In this document: piece after piece, positions 53,577 through 61,486 of the stretch
How the letters are laid out: the number at the start of each line of letters is the position of its first letter
How positions within the stretch are numbered: the stretch's first letter is position 1
Source: Deltaproteobacteria bacterium
Lineage (GTDB): Bacteria > Myxococcota_A > Polyangia > GCA-2747355
Direction of reading: 5' to 3'
NCBI GenBank assembly: GCA_020633415.1
Contig: JACKDQ010000002.1
Span: 256,976 to 320,975, forward strand
Length of the DNA: 64,000 nucleotides
Program-made: the position numbers and the translations under genes
Notes under the pieces: generated by a model
Told to the model about the DNA's origin: nothing
Seen by the model: the letters and a program-made list of their open reading frames with translations, nothing else
Databases searched by the model: none

Positions 53577-54932
53577 GTGATCTCACGAATCTTCGTCAGT
53601 GGCCTCGAACTAAGCGCGTACCTCGGTGTCTACCCCCACGAGCAAGGTACGACGCAAACGATCGAACTCTATCTCGAAGTCGAGACCGATGACAGCCAGC
53701 CGCCAAATGGCGCAGATTGCCTCGATCGCACCGTTGATTATGATCGCATCGCCGACACTGCGCGCAGCGTCGTTGGCGCGCGCCACTTCAAGTTGGTCGA
53801 GACGCTCGCCGAGTCAATCGCCAGAAGGCTACTTCAACTTCCCGCGACGATCGCGGCGCGGGTCCGGGTCGAAAAGCTCGACTGCGTCGGTGGAGCGCGC
53901 AGCGCGGGCGCCGAAGTGGTGTTTCACCGCACCGATGTTTTCTGCGAGGTAATCGACGACGAGATCCCCACAGTGGACACACTGAGCACCGATCGATCGC
54001 TATTGATCATCGGCGGCGGTGTTGCCGGCCTGACGGCAGCGATTTGGGCCCACCGCCTCGGGCATCGCGCCCTGGTCGTCGACCCTGGACCACTGCTCGG
54101 CGGGCAGCTACTTGCCGTCCACCGCTCGATGCCGGACATCCCGGCAATGCCACCGTTGACGGGGCAGCAGTATCGCCGTCGATTGCTGGCGCACTTTGTC
54201 CGCTCTGCTGGCCAGCATCTTCCCGGCCGCGTGATCAGCGCGCGCTGTGATTCTCAGCCGCTGGTCGAGCTCGAGGTCCCCGCGGGCCGAGTGGCGCTCC
54301 GTCCATCAGCGCTGCTGATTTGCAGCGGCCTGCGCCGACGACAACTCCGCGTAGCGGGCGAGCAGGAGTTCTTTGGCCGCGGCATTCTCGCGTCGGCCAG
54401 CGTCGATACCTTCCGCTTCAAAGATCGCCGGATCGTCGTGATCGGCGGTGGTGACGCAGCGCTGGAGAATGCGCTGATCCTCGCCGACGCTGGGGCAAAG
54501 GTTACCCTCTGTTATCGGCGCGCTGAGCCGAGCGCCCGACCCCAATTCGCCACGGCAGTCGCGCAGCATCCACGCATCACCACCGAGGCCTGCTGTCGCG
54601 TGTTGGGCTTCGATGGCGCTGCTGAACTCGAGCGCGTGCGCATCGATCGACAAGGCGAGCAGGCCATGCTCGCCTGCGATGGGGCGCTGGTCCGCATCGG
54701 CTGGCTGCCCAACAGCGAGTTTGCTTGCGAGAGTTGGCGCGACGCCGGGGGCTTTCTGCCGGTCGGGCCGGGCTTCACGGTCGGCAACAGCACTGCCGTC
54801 TTCGCCGCGGGCGACATCACTGGGCCCGGGTACATGTCGGTGGTCGGCTCCGCCGGCATGGCAGCCAGTGCAACGCGTGCTGCCTGCCGCTACCTCGACG
54901 CCCACGCCACGGCAGAGCCTCCGACGCCATAG
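53577..54932 (+). CDS. Fusion protein: dihydroneopterin aldolase (FolB) domain + thioredoxin-reductase-like FAD/NAD(P) oxidoreductase lacking the CxxC
   Basis: GTG 53577 lies 7 nt after the upstream stop. The FolB-like part is IFVSGLELSAYLGVYPHEQGTTQTIELYLEVE...DCLDRTVDYDRIADTARSVV...FKLVETLAESIARRLL. The flavoprotein part has LLIIGGGVAGLTAAIWA, VVIGGGDAALENAL and VFAAGDITG. Where TrxR has SACATCDG, this protein has ASASVDT. Confidence 0.72.
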   Translation: MISRIFVSGLELSAYLGVYPHEQGTTQTIELYLEVETDDSQPPNGADCLDRTVDYDRIADTARSVVGARHFKLVETLAESIARRLLQLPATIAARVRVEKLDCVGGARSAGAEVVFHRTDVFCEVIDDEIPTVDTLSTDRSLLIIGGGVAGLTAAIWAHRLGHRALVVDPGPLLGGQLLAVHRSMPDIPAMPPLTGQQYRRRLLAHFVRSAGQHLPGRVISARCDSQPLVELEVPAGRVALRPSALLICSGLRRRQLRVAGEQEFFGRGILASASVDTFRFKDRRIVVIGGGDAALENALILADAGAKVTLCYRRAEPSARPQFATAVAQHPRITTEACCRVLGFDGAAELERVRIDRQGEQAMLACDGALVRIGWLPNSEFACESWRDAGGFLPVGPGFTVGNSTAVFAAGDITGPGYMSVVGSAGMAASATRAACRYLDAHATAEPPTP

Positions 54933-54976
54933 TTGCGATACCCCGCAGGCGCCGGGCAAACAGCCGCTTCGTCGGG

Positions 54977-57217
54977 CTAGCCAGCGGCGGCCAAGCCCGT
55001 CTCGAGCAGAAGGAAGACGATCTGCGCAAATTCGTCGCGCTGGACCGGATCGGTATAGGTCTCGAACAACTGCCGCAAGGTATGACGACCGTCAAGCCGA
55101 TCGTAAACGCGCCGCGGCAAGGTCCCCAGCCGAAAGACTTCGGGGGGAACGGGCGCAGGGCTAACCGCGTGGAGTGCCACATCCATGAACGTGGCGAGTC
55201 TGGCACCCATGCGATCGCGAGGCTGTCCTTGCACTGCCGCGCCAATGATCTCAAACGCATCAAGGCCGAGCGGCGCCGACTCGTATTTACATTCGCGGTT
55301 AAGATAGAAGCGATACTTGCCGCCAGCCCAAGCAAACGCATCGAGTAGCTTCTGCCGAACTTGATGGGTGAGATGGCGCAAGACCTGTACAGGGCGCAGC
55401 AGCTTCAACGCAACGAGGGTATCGCCAAGCTTACCATTGAAGTGCGGCAGCATCGCCAACGCCATCGAGAGCTCACCCTTGGAGAGCACACCTTTGGAAA
55501 CAAGGTATTGACCGAACAGCTCATCAGCCTGGTTCGAGGTGACATAAGTTGGATCGCCATCGACCAAATAGATCTCTTTGATCGCCGAGTCGAATTCCAC
55601 AACCAACAACCCGGTTTCTTCGCTAACCGCCAAACCGAACAGCAAGGTAAACATGCTGCAGTCGGCTAATTCGCCGGCGAAATCAGGTTTCGCGCTGCGC
55701 CGACCGCCGAGATTTGTCAGGCGCTCGGCGACGACCATCTCGGCATCGATCGGCTCTTTGAGATCGGCAGGATCCGGCAGCGGATATTCATCGCTTTGAT
55801 ACGAGAGAAAATCTGATTGGGAGACCGATCCCGACGCTGCCATCTCTGGCACCGCCGCCAACGCGTCCTGGGTCGCGATCCGCGGCTCCTCGCCGGTGTG
55901 TGGGAGGCCGGTCGGCACCGGCGGCGGCGCGGGAGGAGGCGTTAGCATGATCTTGCGCTTCTTGCCGATCGCGTCGCGACGATATGTCTCGGTGGCTGGC
56001 GTATCCTCGGCAATAATCGCGTCGGCGATCGCCCGCGGCGTCGGATTAAACGCAGGCGGAGAAGGCATGGCGGCGTCACCACGCTTTCGCGCGACCAGCG
56101 GCACCGGCGGCTCCGCACCGAGCGGACCATGCAGGCGCTGCAAATCGATTTCGCGCGGAATTGCCGGCGTAACATCGTCGATCGGACTCTCAACCGCATT
56201 ACCGTCGATCGCAGAGTTGGCCAACAGCGAGGCCTGACGCACCGACCGCTCGAGCGACTCGCTCTTGCGCGTGATCGGCTCCTCGGTTTCCATCAGGCGA
56301 CTGAGAAAGTTTCGTACATCGGTGCTGCGCACCATCCGCCGATTCTCGAACAAGTAGCGGTGTAAGGCGTCACGAAAGGTTCCGGCGTCTTGGTAGCGAA
56401 GGTTGGGATCGCGAGCCAACGCCGAATCGAGGATCGAACGCAGGTCGATCGGGATACGATTGCCGTACTTGTCGAGTCGCGTCAGCTTGGCATCGCGGAC
56501 CAAGAGCAGCACTTCGAGATCCGCTTTGGCGTAAAACAACCGGCGGATCATCAACAGCTCGGCCAACACCACGCCCACCGCAAAAATATCGGCGCGGTGA
56601 TCGACGGTCTGACCAGTGACCTGCTCAGGCGCCATATAGCCGTACTTGCCCTTGAGCGCTCCGCCCTCGGTGTGGCCGCGACGAATCGCCGCGCGCGCGA
56701 TGCCGAAGTCTCCGAGCTTCACCTCGCCTTGCCAGGAAATGAAGATATTCGAGGGTGAGATATCGCGATGAACGATGCCGAGCCCACGACCGCCAAGCGT
56801 GAGCCGGTGAGCGTACTCCAACGCATCGAGCACGTCGGCGATGATATGCAGAACGATCCCGGTCGTCGGACGACAGCGTCGTTTTGCGCAGCGACGAAGC
56901 ATCGCTAAACCATCGATGCCGTCGACGTGTTCGAGCGCCATATAGTACTGACCCTCGAGCTCGCCGAAGTCCAACACCTGGACGATCTTCGGGTGATTGA
57001 GCTGAACCATCAGCTTGGCTTCATCAATGAACATGTCGATAAACTCGGAGTCCTGCGCCAAATGCGGCAGGATTCGCTTGATTACCAACGTCTTTTCGAA
57101 GCCGTGGGCGCCTTGGGTTTTCGCTTTGAAGATCTCAGCCATACCGCCGACGGCGAGACGATCGACAAGCTGATAGCGGCCGAATTGTTTCGGTTCGAAG
57201 GGCGGTAAGTCAGGCAC
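54977..57217 (-). CDS. Ser/Thr protein kinase with C-terminal DUF4388 (PATAN-like) domain
   Basis: The kinase part has LAVGGMAEIFKAK, VIKRI, HRDISPSNIF, DFGIA and YMAPEQ. The C-terminal part is MFTLLFGLAVSEETGLLVVEFDSAIKEIYLVDGDPTYV...GDTLVALKLL, which is DUF4388-like. Confidence 0.88.
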   Translation of the reverse strand: MPDLPPFEPKQFGRYQLVDRLAVGGMAEIFKAKTQGAHGFEKTLVIKRILPHLAQDSEFIDMFIDEAKLMVQLNHPKIVQVLDFGELEGQYYMALEHVDGIDGLAMLRRCAKRRCRPTTGIVLHIIADVLDALEYAHRLTLGGRGLGIVHRDISPSNIFISWQGEVKLGDFGIARAAIRRGHTEGGALKGKYGYMAPEQVTGQTVDHRADIFAVGVVLAELLMIRRLFYAKADLEVLLLVRDAKLTRLDKYGNRIPIDLRSILDSALARDPNLRYQDAGTFRDALHRYLFENRRMVRSTDVRNFLSRLMETEEPITRKSESLERSVRQASLLANSAIDGNAVESPIDDVTPAIPREIDLQRLHGPLGAEPPVPLVARKRGDAAMPSPPAFNPTPRAIADAIIAEDTPATETYRRDAIGKKRKIMLTPPPAPPPVPTGLPHTGEEPRIATQDALAAVPEMAASGSVSQSDFLSYQSDEYPLPDPADLKEPIDAEMVVAERLTNLGGRRSAKPDFAGELADCSMFTLLFGLAVSEETGLLVVEFDSAIKEIYLVDGDPTYVTSNQADELFGQYLVSKGVLSKGELSMALAMLPHFNGKLGDTLVALKLLRPVQVLRHLTHQVRQKLLDAFAWAGGKYRFYLNRECKYESAPLGLDAFEIIGAAVQGQPRDRMGARLATFMDVALHAVSPAPVPPEVFRLGTLPRRVYDRLDGRHTLRQLFETYTDPVQRDEFAQIVFLLLETGLAAAG

Positions 57218-57273
57218 GATCCGCAGTATATCACGAGCGGGTCGCGATCCGGAGACCCCTATCGGAGCATGAG

Positions 57274-57819
57274 CTAACGGTTGTCGTCGCCGCCGCGCCG
57301 TCCGCGACGACCGCGACCGCCAGCACCGGCGCCAGCACCGCCACCACCACCGTCAAGCCCGCGCACGTACTCGATGAAGTCGGCACGATTGTCCATGATG
57401 TCGCGGTAACGGCTGCCTTGGGGCCCTCGACCACGTCGACGCCCTTGATCGCGGTCACCGTCGGGGTGTCTTGTCGAACGCCCCCCACCGTGCCGGCGAA
57501 GCGGCAACGCGCGCGCCAGCAGCTCGGCAGCGTAGTCTTCGGTAGCGATGCCCGCTTCCTTAGCGGCAAAATCGAGGTCGCGATGTAGGTCAGCAGACAC
57601 CTGTAGGTTTAGCGCACCATCGTAGGCTGCCTCGTCGACCGGAACCGGGGGCTTTTCGCCCTGTTCAGCCATATTCTCAAGGGCAGCGGCAATTTCCTGC
57701 TCCACCGCCGCCAGCGCCTCGGCTCGCGTTTCCCCGCGCGCGCTCAACCGGCCGAGCTCGGGCACCAAGGCAACAAATGCCTCCGCTTCGCGACGCAACA
57801 GCACTCGATAACGTTCCAT
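57274..57819 (-). CDS. HicB-family antitoxin-like protein with RHH-like segment and Arg/Gly-rich tail
   Basis: The HicB/UPF0150-like fold pattern is MERYRVLLRREAEAFVALVPELGRLSARGETRAEALAAVEQEIAAALENMAEQGEKPPVP. The CopG/RHH-like segment is LNLQVSADLHRDLDFAAKEAGIATEDYAAELLARAL. The tail is GGGGGAGAGAGGRGRRGRRGG. Confidence 0.55.
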   Translation of the reverse strand: MERYRVLLRREAEAFVALVPELGRLSARGETRAEALAAVEQEIAAALENMAEQGEKPPVPVDEAAYDGALNLQVSADLHRDLDFAAKEAGIATEDYAAELLARALPLRRHGGGRSTRHPDGDRDQGRRRGRGPQGSRYRDIMDNRADFIEYVRGLDGGGGGAGAGAGGRGRRGRRGGDDNR

Positions 57820-57828
57820 AACGATCTC

Positions 57829-58599
57829 CTAAACATCGACTTGCGCGCGACCCCGTTCCAGGGCTGCCGCAAGCTGTTCGCAGTAAACCAGCGACAAGCG
57901 CCTCCCCGCAGCCGCAGCTCGCGCTGCCACCGGCTCCGCGACGCCGCACAACAGCACCTCGGGTACGCCATCGTACTCGGCAAGCAGGGTAAGCGTATCG
58001 CTGAGCGCCTGCTCAGGCGACATCGCCGCCGACACATCGACGACGACCGTCGGACAGGCGCGGGTGGCAACAACGGTCATCAAACGCCCAATCACTTCAT
58101 GTAATGCTTGCCGATCGGGGTCGGCGACGACAAACAGCAGAGGTAGTCGCGGCTCGATCAGACACAGCACCTGTGCCCGGGCAACGACCCGGTTGTGTTC
58201 GAGCTGAGCGCGGTCGCGTTGACTGAAACTGTGAGCGTCGACCACCACCGCCTCGAGCTGCTCAAACCACGCCTTGTCGCCTACACCCAACGCATCGCGC
58301 AAGGTCTTACACAACAGCAGCGCCGCACTCACTGGCAGCCCTTCCCCAGCCATCCACCCGGCAACAAACGACAGCTGCTGAAGCGGTTCGCGCCACTCCG
58401 GTTGTCCCAAGGCGACGACCTGACTGGACGCTGCACTCCGTTGCAGTGCTTCGACGATCGCATCCATTAGATCGTCTAGCCGCGCGCGCGCTTGCACGCC
58501 AACCGGCCCGGGCAACCAGGCCCGCGTAGCGAATTCGCTGCGCCAGCGGGCGAGAAGCTTGGGGTCATTAAGGGCGTCTGCGAGCGTTGCGGCGGCCAT
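57829..58599 (-). CDS. RsbR-like protein: helical N-terminal domain + C-terminal STAS domain
   Basis: The ORF track gives 57829..58725; I prefer ATG 58599 (MAAATLADAL...). The C-terminus is LPLLFVVADPDRQALHEVIGRLMTVVATRACPTVVVDVSAAMSPEQALSDTLTLLAEYDGVPEVLLCGVAEPVAARAAAAG, which has the STAS layout by eye. Confidence 0.5.
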   Translation of the reverse strand: MAAATLADALNDPKLLARWRSEFATRAWLPGPVGVQARARLDDLMDAIVEALQRSAASSQVVALGQPEWREPLQQLSFVAGWMAGEGLPVSAALLLCKTLRDALGVGDKAWFEQLEAVVVDAHSFSQRDRAQLEHNRVVARAQVLCLIEPRLPLLFVVADPDRQALHEVIGRLMTVVATRACPTVVVDVSAAMSPEQALSDTLTLLAEYDGVPEVLLCGVAEPVAARAAAAGRRLSLVYCEQLAAALERGRAQVDV

Positions 58600-58787
58600 G
58601 GCGGACACCAAGGTAAACCCAAAATCCGCGGTTTTCCAGCAGCGGGAGATCCGGGCTCCGCCAACCGTCCTCGCTGAGCGCGACCCCCAAGCGCAACACG
58701 CGACTTGGCACGCCGGGCAGCGCACCAGGTCGATCAGCGGGCCGATCTTGCCGAATTAGCCCCTTTGAACGGGGGCGATGCGCCCTC

Positions 58788-58816
58788 TGGATTCGTCGCC
58801 GACGCGAATGTATAAT
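58788..58816 (+). promoter_or_regulatory. Sigma-70-type promoter candidate upstream of the PP2C gene
   Basis: There is a perfect TATAAT at 58811..58816. TGGATT (3/6 to TTGACA) lies 17 nt upstream at 58788..58793. The site is 110 nt upstream of GTG 58926. Confidence 0.25.
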
Positions 58817-58925
58817 GATTCTGCTCATACGTAGTCGAAGTTGATCCCGCCGCGCGATCGCCGTTGTGATAGCGGCTGATACGCCCAGCGAGGATTCAGA
58901 GCGCGAACTAGAGGACCGGTGACTC

Positions 58926-59690
58926 GTGTTACATAGGCGCTCCTACGGTCGTTCGGATGTCGGTCGCCACCGGCCGCACAACGAAGACAGCTTCCTCGCT
59001 GATGACGCGCTCGGCGTGTACGTCGTTGCGGACGGGGTTGGAGGCCACGCGAAGGGCGAAGTCGCCAGTGCCCAAGCCGTCGAAGAGATCTACGGCTACA
59101 TCCGTCGCGAATATCAGACGATCGATACCTTCCAAAAGACGCCCAATCCCGACACGCTTTTCGGCCTGCATCGATTGATGGAGAGCGCGGTGCAAGCCGC
59201 CTGCTATATGGTGTTCGGCATGGCGGAGCTCGACCCCAAGCGCCGTGGGATGAGCACGACGATTTCAGCGTTGTTGGTCGTCGACACGCTGGCCGTGCTG
59301 GCGCAAGTCGGCGACAGCCGCGTCTATCGGCTGCGCAAAGGTAGTGCCGTCCAGCTCACCGAGGACCACACCTTGATCAACTACAAGCTGAAACACGGGC
59401 TGATCACTGCCGAGGAGGCCGCCAAGGCACCGGGTAAGAATGTCATCACCCGAGCCGTCGGTCACCGCGACTACGTTCAAGTCGACACGGCCGAAGCCGA
59501 CGTTGCAGACAACGACAGATTTTTGCTTTGTTCCGACGGGTTACACGGCTATCTCAAAGACGATGAAGTGGCCACCGTGCTCGGTGCCGGACCGATCGAG
59601 ACCGTCGCTCAACAGCTGATCGAGTTGGCAAATCAACGCGGTGGACGCGACAACATTACGGCCCTGCTGGTCGACGCCGTCGCCGAATAG
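58926..59690 (+). CDS. PP2C-family Ser/Thr protein phosphatase
   Basis: Motifs are GRSDVGRHRPHNEDSF, VADGVGGHAKGEVAS, LLCSDGL and GGRDNITALLVD. Confidence 0.9.
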   Translation: MLHRRSYGRSDVGRHRPHNEDSFLADDALGVYVVADGVGGHAKGEVASAQAVEEIYGYIRREYQTIDTFQKTPNPDTLFGLHRLMESAVQAACYMVFGMAELDPKRRGMSTTISALLVVDTLAVLAQVGDSRVYRLRKGSAVQLTEDHTLINYKLKHGLITAEEAAKAPGKNVITRAVGHRDYVQVDTAEADVADNDRFLLCSDGLHGYLKDDEVATVLGAGPIETVAQQLIELANQRGGRDNITALLVDAVAE

Positions 59691-59808
59691 CCAGCCGATG
59701 TTGGCTTTGCCCCGCTGGCGATCCACACCGCTGCAGGCCAGCCCTGCGCCACTGCTAAAAAGCCTATAAATCTCGAGCAGATCGAGCAAAACTCGGAGCT
59801 CCAAAGGC

Positions 59809-59836
59809 TTGACAGGCATCACAAAATGAATAGGGT
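59809..59836 (+). promoter_or_regulatory. Sigma-70-type promoter candidate upstream of the FmdB-family gene
   Basis: TTGACA (59809..59814), 16 nt, then TAGGGT (59831..59836; T1, A2 and T6 conserved). GGAGG Shine-Dalgarno at 59844..59848 and ATG at 59858. Confidence 0.35.
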
Positions 59837-59857
59837 GTCCATCGGAGGTTTGCGTTC

Positions 59858-60160
59858 ATGCCTATCTACGAATATCAGTGCGGCGCCTGTGGGCACCAGT
59901 GGGAAGTCTGGCAAAAGATCAGCGACCCTCCACCCAATAGCTGCCCAACCTGCAAGAAGCGAAAAGTCGATCGCTTGGTTTCATTGCCTTCGTTTCAACT
60001 CAAAGGTGGCGGCTGGTATGCCGACGGCTATGCGAGCAGCGGTGGTGGGGCATCGAGTTCCAGCTCGTCGAGCTCCAGTTCGTCGAGCTCCAGTTCGTCA
60101 AGCTCGAGTTCGGGCTCGTCGGGCTCATCAGACAAATCATCAAAGTCATCGGCAGCCTAA
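59858..60160 (+). CDS. FmdB-family zinc-ribbon protein (CxxC_CxxC_SSSS type) with poly-Ser tail
   Basis: MPIYEYQCGACGHQWEVWQKISDPPPNSCPTCKKRKVDRLVS is followed by 20 consecutive Ser. Confidence 0.85.
   Translation: MPIYEYQCGACGHQWEVWQKISDPPPNSCPTCKKRKVDRLVSLPSFQLKGGGWYADGYASSGGGASSSSSSSSSSSSSSSSSSSSGSSGSSDKSSKSSAA
60053..60129 (+). repeat. Period-15 tandem repeat encoding the poly-Ser tract
   Basis: The units are AGTTCCAGCTCGTCG, AGCTCCAGTTCGTCG, AGCTCCAGTTCGTCA and AGCTCGAGTTCGGGC (60056..60115). There are 20 Ser codons from 60053..60112, followed by GSSGSS. Confidence 0.8.
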
Positions 60161-60176
60161 TCGGCTCGACCGCTCG

Positions 60177-60611
60177 GTGCGATTTATCGCTGCCTCGCTG
60201 AGCGTATTGGCAGCGGCGGGTTGTGCGCCTCAACAGCGCCCGCCCGTCGCACCTTGCACACTTCAGTGTCTGCCAACTTCACGCGGCCCGCAGCGCCCCC
60301 CCGACTGCGGCTCTCTGGACGACCAGTTGGTAGCCGCGCGCAAGCCACACATGCAATGCATCGCCGTCGCCGCAAACAAAGGACGACTCGACCGAGCGCA
60401 CGCCTGCTACCGCGCGTTGCGCCTGTTGGAATCGGCGCGCTGGTGGCTAAAGACGATGCAAGCTAGCCATCCCGCGCTTCCGCCGGTGTACCACGAGCCC
60501 AACGAGCAACGCCGGCTGGAGTTCTTCTGCCGCCTCGAGCGGCTGGCCGAAGCGCGCTCACCAAGCGAGGTCCAACGGCGCTACTTGGCGATGATCCGTT
60601 CGCTGCCTTAG
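60177..60611 (+). CDS. Lipoprotein (hypothetical)
   Basis: This is the 3' part of track ORF 59826..60611, whose 5' part overlaps the FmdB gene in another frame. GTG 60177 gives VRFIAASLSVLAAAGCAPQQ (lipobox). Its stop shares a base with the rhomboid gene GTG at 60611. Confidence 0.5.
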   Translation: MRFIAASLSVLAAAGCAPQQRPPVAPCTLQCLPTSRGPQRPPDCGSLDDQLVAARKPHMQCIAVAANKGRLDRAHACYRALRLLESARWWLKTMQASHPALPPVYHEPNEQRRLEFFCRLERLAEARSPSEVQRRYLAMIRSLP

Positions 60612-61486
60612 TGATGATCGAGATCGCCAGCTATCGCGCGCAGAGCGAAGCCCAAGCCGCTGCCTTTACGCTGCAAGCGAGCGGCATCGAAGTTCGTGTC
60701 GATCGACGGGCCAACGGGCAGGCAATCTTCGCCCTACTCGTCGCGGCGGACGCTGTGGACCAAGCGCGCACGATCCTCGCGGAAGAGACCAGGCGTAGCC
60801 AACAACCTCAACGCGAGCCAGCGCCGACAGCGGTTCCGCTCTACTGGGTCGTCGGCCTGCTCGTCGTCAACATCTGTATCTGGATCCTTACCGAGCGCTT
60901 CGGTGGATCGACGGCGCGTGCGACACTGCTTGCCTTCGGGGCTGCCCAAACGGCGGCTTTCAGCGCCGGGCAATATTGGCGGATGCTCACCGCTGTCTTT
61001 CTCCACAACGGCTTGGGGCATCTGCTCGGCAACAGCGTCGGACTGCTGTTATTCGGCGCACTCGCTCAAAACGCTTGCGGGCCAGGTGTGTTTTACGCAG
61101 CGTACCTCAGCAGCGGAATCTTCGGTAACCTCGTCAGCAACAGCTTCGGCTCACCGTCGGCAGTACGGGTGGGGGCCTCAGGCGCGATCTTTGGCGCACT
61201 GGGGATCATCGCAGGAAAGCGCATCCGCCAACTTCGCAGCGGCGAACAATCACGTTTTTCCGTCTGGCACGTGTTTGCGATGCTGATCGCCTACTACGGC
61301 TTCGTCGTCGGCGCGTCGCGACAAACAGATCACGCCGCGCATCTCGGGGGACTTTGCGCCGGCCTGGTCTGGGGGATCGCGCTGCCTAGCACCAGACCCC
61401 GAGCACGCTGGCAACTGATCGCTGGATCCTCGGCCGCGCTCGCATTCCTCGGCGCCTTCGCGATCGCTATCGTCGACGCGATCTAG
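60611..61486 (+). CDS. Rhomboid-family intramembrane serine protease with small N-terminal cytoplasmic domain
   Basis: FLHNGLGHLLGN (HxxxN region) and GASGAIFGALG (GxSG catalytic Ser) are present, and AHLGG is on a later TM. It has about 6 TMs. The N-terminal ~60 aa is DUF2007-like. Confidence 0.85.
   Translation: MMIEIASYRAQSEAQAAAFTLQASGIEVRVDRRANGQAIFALLVAADAVDQARTILAEETRRSQQPQREPAPTAVPLYWVVGLLVVNICIWILTERFGGSTARATLLAFGAAQTAAFSAGQYWRMLTAVFLHNGLGHLLGNSVGLLLFGALAQNACGPGVFYAAYLSSGIFGNLVSNSFGSPSAVRVGASGAIFGALGIIAGKRIRQLRSGEQSRFSVWHVFAMLIAYYGFVVGASRQTDHAAHLGGLCAGLVWGIALPSTRPRARWQLIAGSSAALAFLGAFAIAIVDAI

Noticed and set aside
57274-57819. HicB-like gene as part of a type II toxin-antitoxin or defence module.
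   Set aside because: No HicA-sized ORF or other toxin candidate flanks it. The neighbours are signalling proteins.
58706-58721. Sigma-54-like -24 element TTGGCACG upstream of the PP2C gene, given that a sigma-54 activator is encoded in the window.
   Set aside because: With GG at 58707..58708, the -12 GC should be at 58719..58720, but that position reads AG. GC dinucleotides occur only at spacing 9 or 11, so the GG-N10-GC rule fails.
60053-60129. Tandem repeat considered as a possible CRISPR or minisatellite element.
   Set aside because: The period is 15 nt with no spacers, and it is entirely in frame within a CDS, encoding poly-Ser. It is not a CRISPR array.
59826-60176. The 5' part of track ORF 59826..60611, which overlaps the FmdB-family gene in another frame and reads the Ser repeat as RRAPVRRAPV.
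   Set aside because: The FmdB frame has a strong SD and a textbook CxxC...CxxC zinc ribbon. The overlapping frame has no SD at 59826. I kept only its 3' part from GTG 60177, where a lipobox appears.
61265-61279. TGGCAC-GTGT-TTGC, a sigma-54 promoter look-alike.
   Set aside because: The spacing is one nucleotide short (GG-N9-GC) and it lies inside the rhomboid coding sequence with no downstream gene start nearby.
60611-61486. The rhomboid protease as a rhombosortase-type sorting enzyme for the MYXO-CTERM-like protein at 37432..39864.
   Set aside because: It is more than 20 kb from the cargo and sits in its own operon. The cargo tail is MYXO-CTERM-like rather than GlyGly-CTERM, and a CPBP protease sits directly next to the cargo.
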